This document shows positions 58,441-64,000 of a stretch of 64,000 nt of DNA, piece by piece. The notes below the pieces were generated by a model. The model saw only the letters and a list, made by a program, of their open reading frames with translations, was not told the origin of the DNA and ran no database searches. How positions within the stretch are numbered: the first letter of the stretch is position 1; each line of letters opens with the position of its first letter. Source of the DNA: Thermoleophilia bacterium (lineage in GTDB: Bacteria > Actinomycetota > Thermoleophilia > RBG-16-64-13); contig JAXGIS010000004.1 of the NCBI GenBank assembly GCA_040770645.1, forward strand, positions 37,600 to 101,599. The letters are read 5' to 3'. The translations under genes were made by a program, and so were the position numbers.

Positions 58441-60721
58441 TCACCCCTGCTGCGAAGCCTCCCGCAGCGCAGCCAGCACCTTCTCCGGCGTGATGGTCAG
58501 CTCACGGATGCGCGCCCCCACTGCATTGTATACGGCGTTGGCGATGGCCGCCGCACTGGAGATCATGGTGGCTTCACCCAACCCCTTGGCCCCAAATGGC
58601 CCCGTCGGCTCTATGCTCTCCACCAATACCGGCACCACCTCCGGAGCATCGACCGCCCGCGGGATCTTGTAATCGCGATAGCCGGGGTTGAGCACCCTTC
58701 CGTCCTCGATGATCAACCCCTCGGTCAATGCGTATCCCACACCCATGGTCAGCCCACCGGCGATCTGGCCCTCACACTGGGCCGGATTGATAGCCTTGCC
58801 CACATCAAAGGCGCCAACCATCTTGATGACCCGAACTTGGCCGGTCTCAATGTCAACTTCAACCTCAGCAAAGGTGGCGCCGAACACGGGTGGCTGATCC
58901 TCGGTCACGCCCGAGGCGTGTGCGATGACCTCGTGACAGCGAGAGAAGTCACCCACCTGGTAGTGGCGCATGAGATCTCCCAGACCGACCAGGGGCTCGG
59001 CGCTTGTCGCATCCACAATGTTGCCGCCTGCCACAGTCAGACTGTCCGGGCTGCGTTCCAAGTACTCGGCCGCCAGCTTCATGACCGACTCCCGAGCCTC
59101 AGTCGCCGCCTTCAACACGGCGGTGCCGCCGCAGTATGTCTGGCGACTGCCGTGTGCCGCCGTCGAGAGGGGCGATGGCGGTATCCGTGGCCGACACGGC
59201 GACCCACCTCAAACGGCACGCCCAGTACTTCAGCCGCAATCTGCGCCAGCACCGTGCGGTTTTCCCTGTCCGTCGTCGGCACAAGCGGTGAGCAGATCCA
59301 CCGAAGCGTCTGCGTTTATACGAACCACGGCCGACGAGGGGTCCGGCAGGCCGAACCGCGCTCCCGTACCGTGCTGGTGGGCGGCCATGCCCACCCGCGG
59401 CGCAGGTACTCTGCTTTCTGCTCACGCGACGCCGCACGCCGCACCTGCCAATCCATGGCGGAAGCACCTTCTTCGAGGCAGCCTCTCATGCCGTCGCTCT
59501 TAACCGGCACCTCGAACACCGGGTCCATCTCCCCGCACCACGATAGTTCTTCAGACGCATCTCCACGGGATCGATGCCCAACTGCGCCGCCAGTTCGTCC
59601 AGAGCAGACTCCTGGGCGAAGTTCATCTGCGGATTACCGTACCCGCGGAAAGCCCCGCCCAGAGACTTGTTCGTATAGACACAGGTGCCCTCGAAGCGAT
59701 AGTTGGGGATACGATAGATACCCACACCCGTCCCCAGCGCATCCGCCAACACGCTCACATAGTGAGTGCCGTAGCCGCCCACATCCATCACGATGCGCGC
59801 GTCCGCGGCTACCAAGGTCCCGTCCCGCTTGGCTCCCACCCGGTAATCCACGGTGAAGGGGTGGCGAGATTCGGTGGCCGAGAAGTCTTCCTCCCGTGTG
59901 AACTCCATCTTCACCGGGCGACCCACTTCTCTGGCCAAGGCGGAGCACATGAGTTCCAGGCCCCAAATCACACCGGCCCGCGCGCCGAAGGAGCCTCCCA
60001 CGTGTGGCCGAATGACTCGGACTTTGGCGATGGGGATACCCATGGCCAGTGACAGATACATCTGTGTCCAGTGCGGCACCTGGGTCGTCGACCAGAGCGT
60101 GAGCGAGCCCCCTCTGCCCCACTCGGCAATACACGTACCACACGGCTCCAAGCTGGCGTGCTTTTGCTTGGAGGTGACGTACCGATGCTCCAGAATCACC
60201 TCGGCCTCCGCGAAGCCGGCCTCGGAGTCTCCGTACTCCTTGACTATGTGGAAACCCACGTTACCGCGATCGTGAATCCTCACATGCTCGGAAGCCATAG
60301 CCTCAAACGGATCGAATACGGCCGGCAGCACCTCGTACTCCACATCAATCAACGAGATGGCCTCGCGGGCCGTGTCTTCGTCATCGGCCGCCACCACCAG
60401 TACCGGATCGCCGATGAAGCGTACCTTGTCATCCTGCTGCAGGAGTTTGCCCAGCTCCTTCCGACTACGCAGATTGAACCAGGTACCACACACACGAGGG
60501 ACTTCGGACGCCTTGACCAATCCCCGAAAACCGGGCAACGCCTCGGCACGACTGCTGTCCACGCGCACCACGCGCGCATGTGGATGCGGGCTGCGCAACG
60601 TCAGGCCGTACACCATGCCCTGGATCTCCAAATCGGGAGCATAGAGACCCAAGCCCGTGGCCTTCTCCTCAGCGTCGACGCGGGTGACCCGCGTCCCCAC
60701 CACTGTCAGCTGCCCAGTCAT
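58441..60721 (-). pseudogene. Xanthine dehydrogenase/aldehyde oxidase-family molybdopterin-binding large subunit, frame-disrupted between ~59120 and ~59520
   Basis: N-terminal MTGQLTVVGTRVTRVDAEEKATGLGLYAPD... (a/b hammerhead)...VGGSFGAR...GAFRGYGNPQ. The C-terminal fragment 58441-59118 has AFDVGKAINPAQCEGQIAGG...GPFGAKGLGE. Confidence 0.8.
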
Positions 60722-61254
60722 CAGCACTCCCCTCGCTCGGCTCCGGTCGCGGTTGCAGCGGCATCCCGGGCCGCCGCCCTCATCTCCGCCGCCGCTGCCA
60801 GAATGGCCTTGACGGGTTTGTCGTATCCCGTACAACGGCACAAATTCCCGATGATGGCCTCCTTAACGGCCCCAGGTGTGGGCTCAGGATCACAATCCAG
60901 CAGGGTCTTGGCGGTCAAGATCATGCCGGGCGTGCAGTAACCGCACTGAATGGCGGCCTCGGAGATGAAGGCCTTCTGTAGGGGATGCAATCCGGCTTCT
61001 GGGCCGTCTGCCGCCAAGCCTTCGATGGTCAGGAGGTCACTGCCTTGCGCCTGAACCGCCAGCGTGAGACATGAGAGCACCGCCCGCCCGTCCATGATGA
61101 CGGTACACGCCCCGCATTCGCCTTCGCCACATCCCATTTTGGTTCCGGTGAGACCGAGGCGGCCGCGCAGCACATCCACGAGGCGCTCGTGCGGCTCCAC
61201 CGACAGCACGTGTTCGTTGCCGTTGACCGTGAACTTCACATCTACAGCCGTCAT
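60721..61254 (-). CDS. Xanthine dehydrogenase-family [2Fe-2S] small subunit
   Basis: MTAVDVKFTVNGNEHVLSVEP...GCGEGECGACTVIMDG...QCGYCTPGMI...NLCRCTGY. ATGA overlaps on both sides. Confidence 0.9.
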   Translation of the reverse strand: MTAVDVKFTVNGNEHVLSVEPHERLVDVLRGRLGLTGTKMGCGEGECGACTVIMDGRAVLSCLTLAVQAQGSDLLTIEGLAADGPEAGLHPLQKAFISEAAIQCGYCTPGMILTAKTLLDCDPEPTPGAVKEAIIGNLCRCTGYDKPVKAILAAAAEMRAAARDAAATATGAERGEC

Positions 61255-62228
61255 GCCCCACACCTCCTCACCGCTTCCTCCAGAACGCGACGCACGAGCA
61301 CCGCGATCATTTCGCGTCGATACTCGGCCGAGGCCCGAATGTCGCTGATAGGCCGAGCTTCCGCGGCCGCGGCTGCGCCGGCGGCCCGGAAAGCTTCGTC
61401 GGAAGGCTCGCGGCCGGCCAAGGCGGCCGCCGCTCCTTTCGACACAAACGGTATCTCGGCAACGGCGCCCACCGCCACCCGGGCCTCTGCAATCACGCCC
61501 TCGCGCATCCGCACCACCGCTGCCGTGTTCACGGTGGCGATATCCACCGAACTCTGATGCCTGCGCAGCTTGAGAAACGCGCCCGCCACGCCGCTTGCTC
61601 CTTGCACACTCTCCCGTGCCTCGGACCCACCCGGGACGCCGGAGGTGCCCACATCTGCGCCGACGGCTGCCGTACCGGTCCCCGTGAACCCCGACGCGGC
61701 GCCCCATCCCGGCATATCAACGGCAACCAGAACCTCGTCTTCCTTCACTGCTGTGTGGTTCACCCCGATGAAGAAATCATCCAAACTCACTTCGCGCACC
61801 CCAGCGCCACCCGCTATCTCCGCCCTGCCGTCGAGAGCCAGAGCGGCCACAGCCAGATCGGCGGCCGGAGAGCCGTTGCACAGATTGCCGCCGATGGTGG
61901 CTCGGTTGCGGACCCCGGGCGTGCCCAGGCTCGCCGCGGCTTCCGCCAGAAGTCGCCAGCATGGGTGGTCGCGGATGAGGAGCGCCGACTCGATGTCGCT
62001 CACCGTCATCCCCGACTCAATGCGAAGCCTTCCATCGTGTTCGGTGAGGTTGATAAGACCCAATCCGCCTGTATCCACGAGGCGTCTGACCTCTACCGGC
62101 TTCTGCACCAACAGGTCCGTCCCGCCCGCGATCAAACGGCTCCAACCTGGTCCTTCAGCCAGAAGCCGTACGGCATCATCCACCTGGCTCGGCCTGGCAT
62201 AATCCACGGGCCTGAATTCAGCATTCAC
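61251..62228 (-). CDS. Xanthine dehydrogenase-family FAD-binding medium subunit (CoxM-like)
   Basis: LIAGGTDLLV...ATIGGNLCNGSPAADL...ISDIRASAEYRREM, with a Gly/Ala-rich insertion. Confidence 0.85.
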   Translation of the reverse strand: MNAEFRPVDYARPSQVDDAVRLLAEGPGWSRLIAGGTDLLVQKPVEVRRLVDTGGLGLINLTEHDGRLRIESGMTVSDIESALLIRDHPCWRLLAEAAASLGTPGVRNRATIGGNLCNGSPAADLAVAALALDGRAEIAGGAGVREVSLDDFFIGVNHTAVKEDEVLVAVDMPGWGAASGFTGTGTAAVGADVGTSGVPGGSEARESVQGASGVAGAFLKLRRHQSSVDIATVNTAAVVRMREGVIAEARVAVGAVAEIPFVSKGAAAALAGREPSDEAFRAAGAAAAAEARPISDIRASAEYRREMIAVLVRRVLEEAVRRCGA

Positions 62229-62718
62229 CGGGCACCTCCCACTTCCGTCCTCCCTGTCGCATCGCCACTGCTTCTAAGGCCGTGCCCCAGAATCCGCACA
62301 GCTTCCCCAAGTCCGCACGCTCCTCCGCCGTCAGCACCGCGAACTCCTCTTTGAGAGCCTGCAAATACACGGGAAGGATCCCGTAGAGCCAGCGCCGCCC
62401 ATCATCGGTGATGTCTACCACCACCTTGCGGCGGTCGTCCGAGGATCGGCGCCTCGCAGCCAGCCCCGCCCGCTCCAGCCCATCCACCACCACGGTCACG
62501 TTCCCGGTGCTCTTCAGAATCTTCTCGGATATCTCTTTCTGGTACATGGGCCCCAGGTAGTCCAGTGCCTCGAGCACGGCAAACTGGGTGAGACTGGTTC
62601 TGGGAGGCAGCCGCCGGAATACGCGGGCAGAAACCGCAAGTTGCGCACGGCACAGCTTGACCCAGACGGCAGCAGCCTCAAGCGCATCAGGGTCGAACTG
62701 ACTCAGGTCACGCCCCAC
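62218..62718 (-). CDS. MarR-family transcriptional regulator
   Basis: LTQFAVLEALDYLGPMYQKEISEKILKSTGNVTVVVDGLERAGLAARRRSSDDRRKVVVDITDDG. Confidence 0.85.
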   Translation of the reverse strand: MGRDLSQFDPDALEAAAVWVKLCRAQLAVSARVFRRLPPRTSLTQFAVLEALDYLGPMYQKEISEKILKSTGNVTVVVDGLERAGLAARRRSSDDRRKVVVDITDDGRRWLYGILPVYLQALKEEFAVLTAEERADLGKLCGFWGTALEAVAMRQGGRKWEVPGEC

Positions 62719-62828
62719 CGTACCCTCCCCACTTCCCCATCCAATAATACTTTAAGTACGAATGATCTATATATTAATGATAATAGGGAGAGATTGGATG
62801 CGTCAAGCCCTCCTCTACCGCGGCTCTC

Positions 62829-63541
62829 CTAGCAGGCTCCCAAGGGGGCCTCGTCCTCGATACCCCTGAACACCGGGGACGAAGACCAGCGCTGGTGGTC
62901 TGCATCTATGATTTCCAGAGCTTCATCCACCGTGGATACGCATTGAGGGATGCTCAGTTCCTGCTTCGTCGCATACACCATGGCATCCACGGCGTCCTGG
63001 GAGGGACCCATATAGCGTGACGCCCAATCCACGAACTGCTTCCACATCTCTCCCACCAGAACAAGCGGCGTCTGGGTCAGTTTCCTCACTTGAAGCAGTT
63101 GCCACACCGTCATGAGCTCCAGTGCGGTCCCGATGCCCCCGGGGTGACCACGAAAGCGTTGGAACGTAAGACGAAGTGATGGAGTCGTGAGAAGAATGTT
63201 CTGTGTTCAAAAACTCACCCACATAAGGATTTACGCTTTGTTCGAGATCCCAGCGCTATCCGCATGCCCACTGAACGCTCCGGATGATCAGGGGCCCCCT
63301 CTCTGGCACCTTCGTTTGCCGCCTGCATCAGTCCGGGCCCACCGCCGGTCACCACGGTGCAACCTTGGCGGGTTAGGGTCGCCGCCAAACGCTTTATGTC
63401 TTCGTACTCCTTGGATCCGGGGACAGTGCGCGCCGAACCGAAGACACTAACGCTGTACGCGGCAGATCGTTCCGGGCGAAGACGGCTCAGATCGTCCACC
63501 ACGTCCCACAGGCGAAGGACCGAGGCGTAGAGAACCCGCAT
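62829..63541 (-). pseudogene. LOG-family (TIGR00730-type) Rossmann protein, one frame disruption near 63130-63220
   Basis: ATG at 63541 after GGGGAGGAGG. VSVFGSARTVPGSKEY...LTRQGCTVVTGGGPGLMQAANEGA, then another frame gives GGIGTALELMTVWQLLQVRK...PLVLVG. Confidence 0.7.
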
Positions 63542-64000
63542 AGCCTCCTCCCCCACGCCGCGCTCAGAGGAACAACATCCGCGCGCATGGACTTGGCCAC
63601 GGTTGACGGGTAAGGGCCCGTAGCGGGCAGCGAGGTCCCATTCGATCCGTCGGATGAAGACACCGCACCCCCCGCAGGCGAACCCATCGGCTGTCGTGGC
63701 GACGAAGGCGTGGACGGTGTATTTGGACTGAAGGACATGGATCATCCCCCTTGCAGGCGATTCTGGTCACCGTCGGGCAAAATAACCCGTGCGGCAATAC
63801 GAACTGTGCCCTAGACTACCATCGGTGGAGCGGACAGAGGGCTCACTGCTGGCGTCAGACGTACTGTTGATCCCTGATTCGCCGCCCATGGAGCCGCCGA
63901 CTCCAAGCTTTGGCCGGCGAGGTAAAAAGACGCACCATAGAAAGGTGAAGGGGAGGAAAAGGAGGAGATTAACGTGGATGTTCTGGAAGCCATCCGTTCG

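Noticed and set aside
63215-63745. Cys-containing N-terminal extension (MIHVLQSKY...ACGGCGVFIRR...) of the LOG-family ORF as a possible extra domain.
   Set aside because: A strong RBS (GGGGAGGAGG) precedes the internal ATG at 63541, where LOG homology begins. The extension shows no recognisable motif.
1-64000. CRISPR arrays, rRNA or tRNA genes, intact prophage or integrase genes.
   Set aside because: I found no regularly spaced direct repeats with unique spacers, no rRNA-like or complete tRNA-like sequences, and no integrase or recombinase ORFs. The only mobile-element trace is the IS256 remnant.

Overview
GC-rich bacterial chromosomal segment with about 60 protein-coding genes on both strands. 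I saw no rRNA, tRNA or CRISPR array by eye. Blocks in order:
- modABC with a candidate Moco-riboswitch leader and a divergent, disrupted DUF364-type gene.
- An SLH-anchored RCC1-repeat surface protein.
- A sulfur-relay cluster (SQR-like flavoprotein, DUF1641, TusE/DsrC-like, DsrE-like), interrupted by a G15/C24/C27 homopolymer tract.
- YpfJ peptidase, a PNPOx-like protein, a MarR-MFS fusion ORF, Fur, an amphi-Trp protein, MgtE and serine acetyltransferase.
- nagB-glmM-LbH acetyltransferase.
- A DUF5320-DUF364-radical SAM operon.
- An orphan ORF combining a nucleoside 2-deoxyribosyltransferase-like domain, an ATP-cone, a coiled coil and an unassigned C-terminal domain. This is my top candidate for an undescribed system.
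- A yybP-ykoY (Mn) riboswitch with TerC, then hcp.
- A peptide ABC operon with two embedded M24 peptidases, then recQ.
- selD with an in-frame UGA (selenocysteine) and a SECIS-like hairpin, next to yedF.
- A MoxR-DUF58-DUF4129 cluster, a GntR-HTH/PBP-like regulator and a DUF5674 gene pair.
- An LLM oxidoreductase, a class V aminotransferase, an IS256 remnant, two lipoproteins, an MFS transporter, an M19 dipeptidase and sdaA.
- A three-subunit xanthine-dehydrogenase-family enzyme with MarR, and a LOG-family protein.
At least 15 genes show frame disruptions, clustered in hot spots. Consensus indel error versus real pseudogenisation must be resolved before strong biological claims. All family assignments are by-eye motif recognition, not database searches.
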